The notes under the pieces were generated by a model that made no database searches, was not told the DNA's origin, and worked only from the letters and a program-made list of their open reading frames with translations. Positions 12,048-23,007 of a stretch of DNA of 64,000 bases are shown piece after piece. Origin of the DNA: Takakia lepidozioides. Lineage: Eukaryota > Plantae > Bryophyta. The DNA lies in assembly GCA_030704615.1 (NCBI GenBank), contig CM060732.1:27962001-28026000 (forward strand). Reading direction: 5' to 3'. The stretch's first letter is position 1; each line of letters begins with the position of its first letter. The position numbers and the translations under genes are program-made.

Positions 12048-15000
12048 TTGGTATCAGAGCTTAGAGTTCAGTACGCGATCGTCCTTGGGATTGGCCTCAT
12101 CATGGGGTCGGGCAAGCCGAAGCGAAAGCGGAACGGCCCAAAAGATGATGATCCCGGTGAGCCCGATGGGGGCGACGTGTCACCGAGGCGGCCGTTTGAG
12201 GAAGCGATGCATGTTTCCGAAAACGAGGCCGCTCAAGAGCGGGAGGAATCCGAGGAGTCGGAGCCCGAGGAATCCTTGAGAGCTCCGACAAACCAAGAGA
12301 TGCCTCCCATGCCGGCAGCCTTTTGGGAAGGGTTGTTGGCGCAGTTTGGCGGGACGTTGAAAGACGTGTTGAAGGCGGCTAATGCCACTTCCACTAAGGC
12401 AAAGTTTAAGGTGAAGCCTAAGGAACCCGGCACCTTCGAGGGCGTCCGAAATCGGAAGGCACTCAACACCTGGCTCTTGGAGCTAGAGCAGTACTTCCGG
12501 GCGGCCAAGTTGAGTGACGAGGATCGGGTGGAAGTGGCTCCCACCTATTTGAGGGGCTATGCTCAACAATGGTGGCAGAAACGCCTTCACGACCGAGGTC
12601 CAAGCCGGAAACCTTGAACTGGAGTGGGTTCAAGGAATTGATGAAGAGACAGTTTGTGCCCCTCAACGCGTCCTGGCTTGCCCGGGACAAGATGAGGAAT
12701 TTGAAGCAAACAGATGACATTCGGGGGTATGTCCAGCTTTCAATGTGCTGTTGCTCGAAGTCGCGGACATGGCAGAACCAGAAATGGTCTTCAACTTTGT
12801 GGCGGGACTGGCCCCATGGGCCAGGCGGAAGTTGGAGGAGAAGCCACCCAAGACTTTGAACGAGGCAATTGAGAGGGCTGAATGTTTCTCGGATGTCCCT
12901 AGGGGTGAAAGACAAGGCCGTACGGAGCTGAACCACAAGAAGACCGGCGGGAAGGTGACTCCTTCCGACCGGAAAAGAAGTGGGATAGGCCACGCGGCGA
13001 CAATGGGCACGTGGAAATCGAAGGGAGGGCCTTCACACGTCAAGGCGGCACCCGGTGCTTCGAAAGGAAAAGCGGGTGGAGCGGCTTATGGCGGACAGAA
13101 GGCGACCTTTGATGGAGTGTGTTTCAATTGCGGGGAGCCCGGGCACATGGCCAAGAAGTGCACGAAGCCCCGGCAATTGAACATGACTCGGGCGACCACG
13201 GAGCTGTCGGAAGATACCATCAGTCGCTTGGTGGAAGCGGTGGTCGCCAGGACTTGCAAGGTAGGCAAATTTTTCTTGTGAGTTGTATCAGGAAACTGGC
13301 GCCTTACGAAAAGGGAGTCAGTTATTGTTCGTGGATGGGATAATATCCGGAACTAATGTGTCGTTGTTGGTGGACACAGGAGCGTCGCACTCCTTCATGA
13401 CACCGGCAACGGCACAAAAGCTGGGACTCCCGACAAGTGACGTGGGGGCCTCTATTGAGGTGCGTTCTGCCAAAGGAGAACCACAGTTGGCGACAAGGTT
13501 GGCGTTTGATGTTCCTCTTCAACTGGGGAGTTGGGAGGACGTGAGAACTTCACCATCTGCGAGATCGATGGAGTGGATCTCATTTTGGGGATGACCTTTT
13601 TGAGCAAATCCGGAGCGGTCATAGATGGCCGCAAGAGAGTAGTCACGCTGCCATGTGGGAATGGTGGCGAGGTCTTACGAGTGTCGGAAACGCCCAAATC
13701 CGTGGAGGGCGAATAAACCTTCTGTCAGCAAGGGAGTGGGCCGTGGAGGAGGCACACGAGCCCCAGTTTTTGCTTTACATTAGAGAAGTGAAGGAGAAGG
13801 CGATGGGGAGCCGAGCCCAGATTGGATCAAGGGATTTTGGAGAAATACCAGGATGTGATGCCGGAGGATTTACCAAGCGGCTTGCCACCGCGAAGAGGAG
13901 TTGACCACAAGATTGAGGTGATACCGGGATCGGAACCGCCTGCCAAGGCGCCCTACCGGTTGAGCCACAGAGAGTTGGTCGAGCTGAAGACTCAGCTCAA
14001 GGATCTAATGTCAAAGGGGTACATCCGGCCGAGTAAGTCACCTTACGGAGCCCCGGTGCTATTTGCAGACAAGAAGGATGGGACGCTGCGGATGTGTGTC
14101 GATTACAGGGCTCTGAATAAGGTGACTATCAAAAACCGGTACCCTTTGCCAAGGATCGACGACCTCTTCGATCGGTTGGCAGGAGCGAAGTATTTCAGCC
14201 GGATCGACTTGCGCTCCGGCTATCATCAAATTCGGGTGGCGGAAGGAGATGAGGAGAAGACCGCGTGCAGGACAAGGTATGGTTCATATGAGTTCTTGGT
14301 GATGCCTTTTGGGCTCACCAATGCACCAGCGACATTTAGCACGCTGATGAACAGCCTTTTTCAGGAGTGGTTGGATGACTTTGTGATCGTGTACATCGAC
14401 GACATCTTGGTGTACTCGAAAACAAAGAGGAGCACCTGGAGCACCTCAAAAGGGTGTTCCAAAAATTGCGGGAAGGGAAGCTGTACCAAAGCTTCAAAAT
14501 GCGAATTCGGGGTCACAAAAGTGGAGTTCTGGGGCATGTGATTACACAGGATGGGATCAAAATGGATGACAGAAAGGTGAGGGCGATCTTGGACTGGGAG
14601 CCTCCGACTTCGGTCCCCGGGAGTGCGATCCTTCCTAGGACTCGCCTCCTATTACCGGAAGTATGTGAGAAATTTCGCCAAGATCGCGGGGCCGCTGTCG
14701 GACCTTCTGTGTAAATCCAAAGTCTGGGTATGGAACACTTTTGTGGCCAAGCTTTTGCTGAATTGAAGCAGCGGATGGCGGAAGCTCCAGTCTTGAAAAT
14801 CCCGGAGTTCGATCGTCCGTTTGAGATTCATACAGATGCGTCGGACTTCGCGATTGGGGGTGTACTTATGCAAGATGGACGTCCAGTGGCTTACGAAAGT
14901 AAGAAACTGAATGAAGTGGAGCGACGGTGGCCGACGCACGAAAAAGAGATGAAGGCGGTGGTGCATTGCCTTGAGCTTGGCGCCACTATGTTGGTTCCAA

Positions 15001-16640
15001 CCCAGTGAAGGTGTTCACGGACAATGTCACAGGAAGTATTTTGCCACGCAGCCCAAGTTGTTGTCCCCAAAACAACTTAGGTGGCAAGATACTTTGGCGG
15101 TGTTCGACGTGGATATCCAGTACAAACCGGGACGGGACAACGTGGTGGCCGATGCTTTAAGTAGAAAGCAGCAGCAGCTCTTGTTGGTGTACAAGGGCGA
15201 GACGGCGCTCCAAAGGAAGATCCGGAAGGCTTGCCGGAAGGATGAGCTGGCGAAGTCCGTGATGCAGGACTTGAGGATGGGGGTTAAATCGCAGTTCCAC
15301 TTGCAAAATGGACTGCTCCGGTATAAGCAAAAGCGTCTCTACGTGCCGAAGGGAGGGATCAGAGATAGCCTCTTGAGAGAATGCCATGATAGCCCGCTTG
15401 CGGGCCACGGCGGAGCCAAGCGCACTGCGGCACTCTTGAAGAAAGAGTATTTCTGGCCCAAACTGAGGGAGGAGGCAGAGGAGTATGTCAAGACATGCAC
15501 CACATGCCAACAAAACCGGAGCGAGTACAAAAAGCAAGCGGGGCTGTTACAACCCTTGCCGATTCCAGAGGGGACTTGGGAAAGCGTCTCGATGGATGGA
15601 TTTCATGACTGCTATGCCGCTGTCAAAAGGATTCGATGCAATCATGGTGGTGGTGGATAGGTTCAGTAAAATGGGCCATTTCATCCCCACCAAGGAGACG
15701 GCAACGGCGCAGGAGACAGGGCGACTTTACTTCGCCCACGTCTTAAAGCATCATGGAGTCCCGAAGGATATTGTCTCGGACCGCGATCCAAAGTTTACGA
15801 GTAAATTTGGAGGCACTTTGGAAGAAGATGGGGACGAGGCTGAAGATGAGCACCGCCTTCCGACCTACGACGGACGGCCAAACGGAAAAAGTGAATTCCG
15901 TAGTGAAGCAATCTTGCGGAATTACGTGTCGGCAGACCAAACAGACTGGTGGAACACTTAGACGCGGCAGAGTTCTGTTATAATAACACAGAACACTCCG
16001 CAACGGGAGTTTCCCCTTTCGTTGGTCTATGGAAAAGCACCTCTGGTGCCGACAAGTTGGGCCGCCCAGGACGTTGAGGAACCGGCAGTAGCGGCGGTAC
16101 TGGAAGAACGCGAGCGTTTGTTGAAGCTCGCAAAGTACAACATTGCCAAAGCTAGGAAACGGTATGAAAGGCAGGCGAATCGGAAGCGGAGGGAAGTGAA
16201 GTTTGAGGCAGGCACAGAGGTCTGGTTGAACATCAAGAATTTTTGACTACCTCCGGAAGTGAGTCCGAAGTTCGTACCTCCGTATGCGGGACCCTTTCGC
16301 ATTCGGAAGGTTATGAATGAGGATGTGTATGAATTGGAGCTGCCGGCAAACAGCAAGGTGCACCCAGTATTCCATGTCTCCCTTTTGAAGCCTTACTTCA
16401 AAGATGAAGCGCGTCCGAATCGGCATCAAGTGTTGCGTCCGCCACCTATGCTGTTGGATCATGAAAATGAACCTGAGTACGAGGTGGAGGCAATACTTAA
16501 GTCGAGGAGGTTCAGAACCGAGAAACGGAGTATCTCGTCAAATGGAAGGGCTATCATCATGTGGAGGCATCTTGGGTGCGTGCCTCAGAAATGGGAAACG
16601 CATCCGAGGCGGTTGCAGCTTTCGAAGGGCGACCTCAAAA
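12048..16640 (+). pseudogene. Inner chromovirus gag-PR-RT-RH-IN-chromodomain polyprotein, many single-base frameshifts
   Basis: CFNCGEPGHMAKKC, VDTGASH, YIDD, TDASD, H2C2 zinc-binding, DRFSK, chromodomain EYEVEAIL. Confidence 0.93.
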
Positions 16641-17528
16641 GCATTGATGGGGACATCAACCTTGGAGCGTGGGGGAGGAAATGCATGCTTAGCCCGGTTT
16701 AGCTAGCTCAGGAATCCGATTGCAAAAACTTGTATTGTACAAAATTTGTTATAAAGGAAATGGGTTCCAATATTGTGCGTCCTATTTGTTTGGAATGGTG
16801 ATGCATGGTATGGTTGGCTAGTGTGTAGAATGCATGCTAGCTTACAAAGTGGGAGAGGTAAATTGGGTTAATCGTGTTTGCGCAGTGCCGAAATCGGGTG
16901 ACTCCCATCCAAGGGGCAAGGAAACTTGCGCCTTCTTTGGGAGTTCACGTGCTAGTGCGCACCTGGCGCGTGCGCGTACTATAACTGCGCTACCGAGGGG
17001 TTGCCTTGTAGTGCGGGCTAACCGTTCACGTACTATAATCGTGTAGCCTCGGGACGAAGTCGTAGTGCGGCTTCGGCGTGTTCCCGTACCTCAGGCCAGC
17101 ATTCCAAGGCGGACCCAATTGTAGTGATTGGGGCGCACGGTTGGTTCAAGGTTATCTTCCTAGTCAAAGAGGGTTCCAGGTGAACCCTTGCTCAAGGTGA
17201 TGCCAAAAGCGGCATCATGAGCGATCGCAAGCAATGTTGTTGCAGTAAGGCGATTCGATCCTCGGGGAGGATCGTTCCTTGGCCTTGAAGTAGGCCAAGA
17301 AGAGTGCACTGGGAGGAGCTGGAGAGGCTCCACCCTTGGCCGGGACTTGGAGGAAGTCGGCCGAACTAGCTAGTGGAGAGTAGAGTCAAGTGTGGGGTTT
17401 GGTTCTTTGCCATGGGACGCCATGGTACGGAAACAAACTCCTTGATGTGGGACGCCACAACTTGGATGTTCGTTTCTACAAAATGGACAAGTCGATGAGG
17501 ACATCGACTCCCTGTTGGTAGGGGTGTG

Positions 17529-18169
17529 TGTCGCGGCCCTTTGCCTTGAGGGCAGGGGGTCGGGACACAAGAGGGGCTGCCCCTGTGGTGGGGGCAGTGG
17601 CAGCGATAGGTACGGGGGCTGAAGCACCCTTGAGTGCCCAAGGCACTCAAGGAGGCGGAGGCGCTCACTAGGTGGAGCCCCGCACACCGGGTTGCGGTGG
17701 GGGTGGCTCCACAAGGGGTGGTGGTAGCTTAGCGGGACTTAGTGGGGGTGGCATAGGACTCACCATGGGGGCGAAGACCTCGTGGTGGGAGTCGTGGGTT
17801 TTCGTGGTGGTTCGCCATAAAATGGCATGGCTGGTTGTGAAACCCCCGCGGACAGCTACAGAAGTATATATAAGGGGAGTAGTGACCCCGAGAACGGTGC
17901 AAGCCCGTTGGTGACCAAAAACTAGTGAGTAAGCGAGCGAGCCGGAAAGCGACCAAAGAGTGGGGAGCTGTTCCGGACTGCCATCTACCAAAGGGAATTC
18001 TCCTAGTCCCAATAGGTGGAGGGTTTAGGGAAGCGAAGGGGGACCGTTATGTCCCGGTGAGCAGCCGAAGCTCCAAGTTGGCCGGGCGGCCAGGTTGGGA
18101 GTCAGGCGCGCGCATCAAAGCGAGTAACTATGACTTGAAGGGGAGCTTATCGAAGTGAGGTGCGCGACA
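17529..18169 (+). repeat. 3' LTR of inner chromovirus
   Basis: TGTCGCGGCCC...GTGCGCGACA after GGTAGGGGTGTG; lacks about 80 bp present in the 5' LTR. Confidence 0.92.
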
Positions 18170-20857
18170 TGTTCCATGCCCAGACTTTAGATTTACACAG
18201 AAGGTCTGACAGCGGCCTCGCGATTTTGGCGAAATTTCTCACATACTTCCGTAATAGGAGGCGAGTCCTAGGAAGGATCGCACTCCCGGGACCGAAGTCG
18301 AGGCTCCCAGTCCAAAATTGCCTCACCTTTCTGTCATCCATTTTGATCCCATCCTGTGTAATCACATGCCCTAAGAACTCCATTTCGTGACCCCGAATTC
18401 GCACTTTGAAGCTTTGGCGTACAGCTTCCCTTCCCGCAACTTTTGGAACACCCTTTTGAGGTGCTCCAGGTACTCTTCCTTTGTTTTCGAGTACACCAAG
18501 ATGTCGTCGATGTACACGATCACAAAGTCATCCAACCACTCCTGAAAAAGGCTGTTCATCAGCGTGCTAAAGGTTGCAGGTGCATTGGTGAGCCCAAAAG
18601 GCATCACCAAGAACTCATATGAACCATACCTTGTCCTGCACGCGGTTCTTCCTCATCTCCTTCCGCCACCCGAATTTGATGATAGCCGGAGCACAAGTCG
18701 ATCCGGCTGAAATACTTCGCTCTTGCCAACCGGTCGAAAAGGTCGTCGATCCTTGGCAAAGGGTACCGGTTTTTAATAGTCACCTTATTCAAGGCCCTGT
18801 AATCGACACACATCCGCAGCGTCCCATCCTTCTTGTCTGCGAATAGCACCGGGGCTCCGTAAGGTGACTTACTCGGCCGGATGTACCCCTTTGACATTAG
18901 ATCCTTGAGCTGAGTTTTCAGCTCGACCAACTCTCTGTGGCTCAACCAGGGCGCCTTGGCGCGGTTCCGATCCCGGTATCACCTCAATCTTGTGGTCAAC
19001 TCCTCTTCGCGGTGGCAAGCCGCTTGGCAAATCCTCCGGCATCACATCATGGTATTTCTCCAAAATCCCCTTGATCCAATTTGGGCTCGGCTCTCCATCG
19101 CCTTCTCCCTTCACTTCTCTAATGTATAGCAAAAACTGGGGCTCGTGTGCCTCCTCCACGGCCCACTCCCTTGCTGACAGAAGGTTTATTCGCCCTCCCA
19201 CGGGTTTGGGCGTTTCCGAAACTCGTAAGACCTCGCCACCATTCCAACATGGCAGCGTGACTACCCTCTTGCGGCCATCTATGACCGCTCCGGATTTGCT
19301 CAAAAAGGTCATCCCCAAAATGAGATCCACTCCATCGATCTCGCAGACGGTGAAGTTCTCACGTCCCTCCCAACTCCCCAGTTGAAGAGGAACATTGAAC
19401 GCCAACCTCGTCGCCAATTGCGGTTCTCCTTTGGCAGGACGCACCTCAATAGAGGCCCCTACGTCACTTGTCGGGAGTCCCAGCTTTTGTGCCGTTGCCG
19501 GTGTCATGAAGGAGTGCGACGCTCCTGTGTCCACCAACAATGACACGTTAGTTCCGGATATTATCCCATCCACGAACAATAAGTGACTCCCTTTATGCAA
19601 TGCGCCAGTTTCCTGATACAACTCACAAGAATATTTGCCTACCTTGCAAGTCCTGGCGACCACCGCTTCCACCAAGCAACTGATGGTATCTTCCGACAGC
19701 TCCGTGGTTGCCCGAGTCATGTTCAATTGTCGGGGTTTCGTGCACTTCTTGGCCATGTGCCCGAGCTCTCCGCAATTGAAACACACTCCATCAAAGGTCG
19801 CATTCTGTCCGCCATAAAGCGCTCCACCCGTTTTTCCTTTTGAAGCACCGGGTGCCGCCTTGACGTGTGAAGGCCCTCCCTTCGATTTCCACGTGCCATT
19901 GTTGCCACGTGGCCTATCCCACTTCTTTTCCGGTCGGAAGGAGTCACCTTCCCGCCGGGTCTTCTTGTGGTTTAGCTCCGTACGGCCTTGTCTTTCACCC
20001 CTAGGGACATCTGAGAAACATTCAGCCCTCTCAATTGCCTCGTTCAAAGTCTTAGGTGGCTTCTCCTCCAACTTCCGCCTGGCCCATGGGGCCAGTCCCA
20101 CCACAAAGTTGAAGACCATTTCCAGTTCTGCCATGTCCGCGACTTCGAGCAAAAGCACATTGAAAGCCTGGACATATCCCCGAATGTCGTCTATTTGCTT
20201 CAAATTCCTCATCTTGTCCCGGGCAAGCCAGGACGCGTTGAGGGGCACAAACTGTCGCTTCATCAATTCCTTGAACCCACTCCAGCTCAAGGTTTCCGGA
20301 CTTGGACCTCGGTCGTGAAGGCGTTTCTGCCACCATTGTTGAGCATAGCCCCTCGAATAGGTGGGAGCCACTTCCACCCGATCCTCGTCACTCAACTTGG
20401 CCGACCGGAAGTACTGCTCTAGCTCCAAGAGCCAGGTGTTGAGTGCCTTCCGATTTCGGACGCCCTCGAAGGTGTCGGGTTCCTTAGGCTTCACCTTAAA
20501 CTTTGCCTTAGTGGAAGTGACATTAGCCGCCTTCAACACGTCTTTCAACGTCCCGCCAAACTGCGCCAACAACCCTTCCCAAAAAGTTGCCGGCATGGGA
20601 GACATCTGTTGGTCTGTCGGAGCTCTCAGGGATTCCTCGGGCTCCGACTCCTTGGATTCCTCCCACTCTTGAGCGGCCTCATTTTCAGAAACCTGCATCG
20701 CTTCCTCAAACGGCCGCTTCGGTGACACGTCGCCCCCATTGGGCTCACCAGGATCATCATCTTTTGGGCCGTTCCACTTTCGCTTTGGCTTGCCCGACCC
20801 CATGATGAGGCCAATCCCAAGGACGATCGCGTACTGAACTCTAAGCTCTGATACCAA
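18170..20857 (-). pseudogene. Outer chromovirus gag-ZF-protease (662 aa open) and RT
   Basis: [47 protein letters not shown]. Confidence 0.93.
20845..20856 (-). other. Primer binding site, tRNA-iMet
   Basis: TGGTATCAGAGC, 2 nt after the 5' LTR end. Confidence 0.92.
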
Positions 20858-20858
20858 G

Positions 20859-21585
20859 TGTCGCGCACCTCACTTCGGTAAGCTCCCCTTCAAGTCATAG
20901 TTACTCGCTTTGATGCGCGCGCCTGACTCCCAACCTGGCTGCCCGGCCAACTTGGAGCTTCGGCTGCTCACCGAGACATAACAGTCCCCCTTCGCTCCCC
21001 CACTAAACCCTCCACCTCTTTGGGCCTAGTGGAATTCCCTTTGGTAGATGGCAGTCCGGAACAGCTCCCCACTCTTTGGTCGCTTTCCGGCTCGCTCGCT
21101 TACTCACTAGTTTTTGGTCACCAACGGGCTTGCACCGTTCTCGGGGTCGCTACTCCCCTTATATATACTTCTGTAGCTGTCCGCGGGGTTTCACAACCAG
21201 CCATGCCATTTTATGGCGAACCACCACGAAAACCCTCGACTCCCGGTGATGAGTCGCGGTGAGTCTTGGCCCACTCACCGCGGCCCATATGGACCGTGAT
21301 GAGTCCCAAGACTCCCCACGACTCCCACCACGAGGTCTCCGCCCCCATGGTGAGTCCTATGCCACCCCCACTAAGTCCCTAAGCTACCACCACCCCTTGT
21401 GGAGCCACCCCCACCGCAACCCGGTGTGCGGGGCTCCACCTAGTGAGCGCCTCCGCCTCCTTGAGTGCCTTGGGCACTCAAGGGTGCTTCAGCCCCCCCA
21501 TACCTATCGCTGCCGCTGCCCCCACCACAGGGGCAGCCCCTCATGTGTCCCGACCCCTGAGCCCTCAAGGCAAAGGGCCGCGACA
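20859..21585 (-). repeat. 5' LTR of outer chromovirus
   Basis: TG...CA ends, adjacent PBS, flanking TSD. Confidence 0.93.
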
Positions 21586-21739
21586 CTGACTCTGCACTAG
21601 TTGAGGGTGGAAGTGAAGGTGGTCTGAAACGAACACCTCGTCTGGTGAACCCACTCTCACTGCTACTGCCTGTAGCCGTACTCCCCTCAGAACTTCTGGG
21701 TAACTCCGTGATGACACTCACAATGTGCACCTCCCCCAC
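21586..21739 (-). pseudogene. N-terminal part of the same gag, separated by the chromovirus insertion
   Basis: SGFTRRGVRFRPPS joins across the CTGAC TSD to SDTDSEAS..PLLWDDMEE. The uninterrupted version is seen at 25646-25993. Confidence 0.85.
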
Positions 21740-22248
21740 GTGACACTATAAGGCTCTATTACTAATTCTAATAATGACACGGGTAGGCACCTGCTGCAGT
21801 TTAAGGGTCATATTCCAATGGCTCAGGGCACCTGCACCTGCATCCACCGCAAGAACTCCTATGGTTGGCTGGTCATCAACCCAGCCTCACCATAGAAGAA
21901 ACACTGGTGGTCTTGCTGGTCATCACTCCAGCCTCACCACCGACAACATACTCTAGGATTGACCGGTGATCAAATCCGGCCTAATCCCTATGAAAGCAAG
22001 CGCCCACACAAAACCAACATGATGCACAGTCAAACATGCAGGTGTTGGGGGGGATCCAAACACAAGAAATCAAAACATCAACACCCCCACACCAAAATCC
22101 GGCTGCAATGCTATTCCTGCAGAATAGCCCAGCCCAAAACCCCGAACTGACTGGCCTCCACCAAGAGAGGCTTTGGCAACTACAAGTACAAGGTAATGAA
22201 AATAGTACAGAGATGGAGGGGAAGAATAGAAGCCCGACCAAGCAAGAT

Positions 22249-23007
22249 CTAATCCTGATCTATGCTATCAACTGCCAGACTTCTCTCAAAGCCTCGCTCT
22301 GCATGATGGTAAGGTGTAGGAGGTATATCTATGTCCAGAAACCTGCCACTAACCTTGTCCCAAGCTACAGTAGCTCGCTCTAACCAACCCTCCTCCTCTT
22401 TCTGCCAGGTAGAGACAAAGCAACACTCTGCTATCTCCCGCTCACTGAACACTAAAAAAAACAAAGGTAGGGTCTGATAGTCTCTCAACTCGAAAGCTTT
22501 GAGACGGTTGCGGGTGTCCTCATTGCAAATGACTGCATCTCCTTCAAACAGATTAAACTTGTCCTTGCTAATGAACCCCCGCTCGTGGTTGCCTTGTGCA
22601 GAGCGTGTCCGGCTGCAACGCTGTCTGATTGCACAAACTTGTGTAGCTCCTGCTCCTCTACTCCAGGACACCACGGCCTTGTGGCTGAACACCTTGGTAC
22701 TCGGGGCTGTCTTTGGCTGTGTTCCAAGCCTAGCTTTCACCCACTTTGGTATTTCACCTACAGCTGCAGAAGTGCTGGCTCCAACAGAGTTCTGACTGTC
22801 CAAGGCGATATTGAGGCCCTCAACGCCAACTACAGCAGTTTGTTGTCCACTGCTAATGCCTGACTCCCAATATGCGATCAACTCGTCCAACTGTTCTCCA
22901 CTCAAATCAGTCTGAGTTCCTTGGGAAACATAAATGTTGTCCCCTTGTGTGCACAAGCTAAGAGACGAGACTTGCCCTTCAATTACGTCCTCATTTCCCC
23001 CAGCCAT
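22249..23007 (-). CDS. Hypothetical 252-aa ORF upstream of gag inside the DNMT-gypsy leader
   Basis: ATG-initiated open frame on the same strand as gag; no domain recognised. Confidence 0.45.
   Translation of the reverse strand: MAGGNEDVIEGQVSSLSLCTQGDNIYVSQGTQTDLSGEQLDELIAYWESGISSGQQTAVVGVEGLNIALDSQNSVGASTSAAVGEIPKWVKARLGTQPKTAPSTKVFSHKAVVSWSRGAGATQVCAIRQRCSRTRSAQGNHERGFISKDKFNLFEGDAVICNEDTRNRLKAFELRDYQTLPLFFLVFSEREIAECCFVSTWQKEEEGWLERATVAWDKVSGRFLDIDIPPTPYHHAERGFERSLAVDSIDQD

Larger units (their letters stand above)
11335..18169 (+). mobile_element. Inner chromovirus copy (same family) nested in opposite orientation
   Basis: 5' LTR ~11335-12046 (first ~10 nt damaged), PBS TGGTATCAGAGC 12049-12060, gag-pol 12048-16640, 3' LTR 17529-18169. 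Host sequence TGGAACA|CCTTT is continuous across the insertion. Confidence 0.93.
7868..21585 (-). mobile_element. Chromovirus (Ty3/gypsy, Tcn1-like) LTR retrotransposon, outer copy, containing a nested copy
   Basis: LTRs 7868-8542 and 20859-21585 with TGTCGCG...CGCGACA ends; 5-bp TSD CTGAC at 7863-7867 and 21586-21590; tRNA-Met PBS; chromodomain integrase. Confidence 0.95.

Noticed and set aside
12048-12100. ORF start MVSE at the TTG
   Set aside because: It overlaps the PBS; the real gag start is probably the downstream ATG (MGSGKPK).
16682-17528. GGGGGAGGAAA + TGCATG as PPT and LTR start, implying a ~1.5-kb LTR
   Set aside because: The 5' LTRs and the TSD define the LTR start as TGTCGCGGCCC, so this stretch (and 8543-9413) is 3' UTR.
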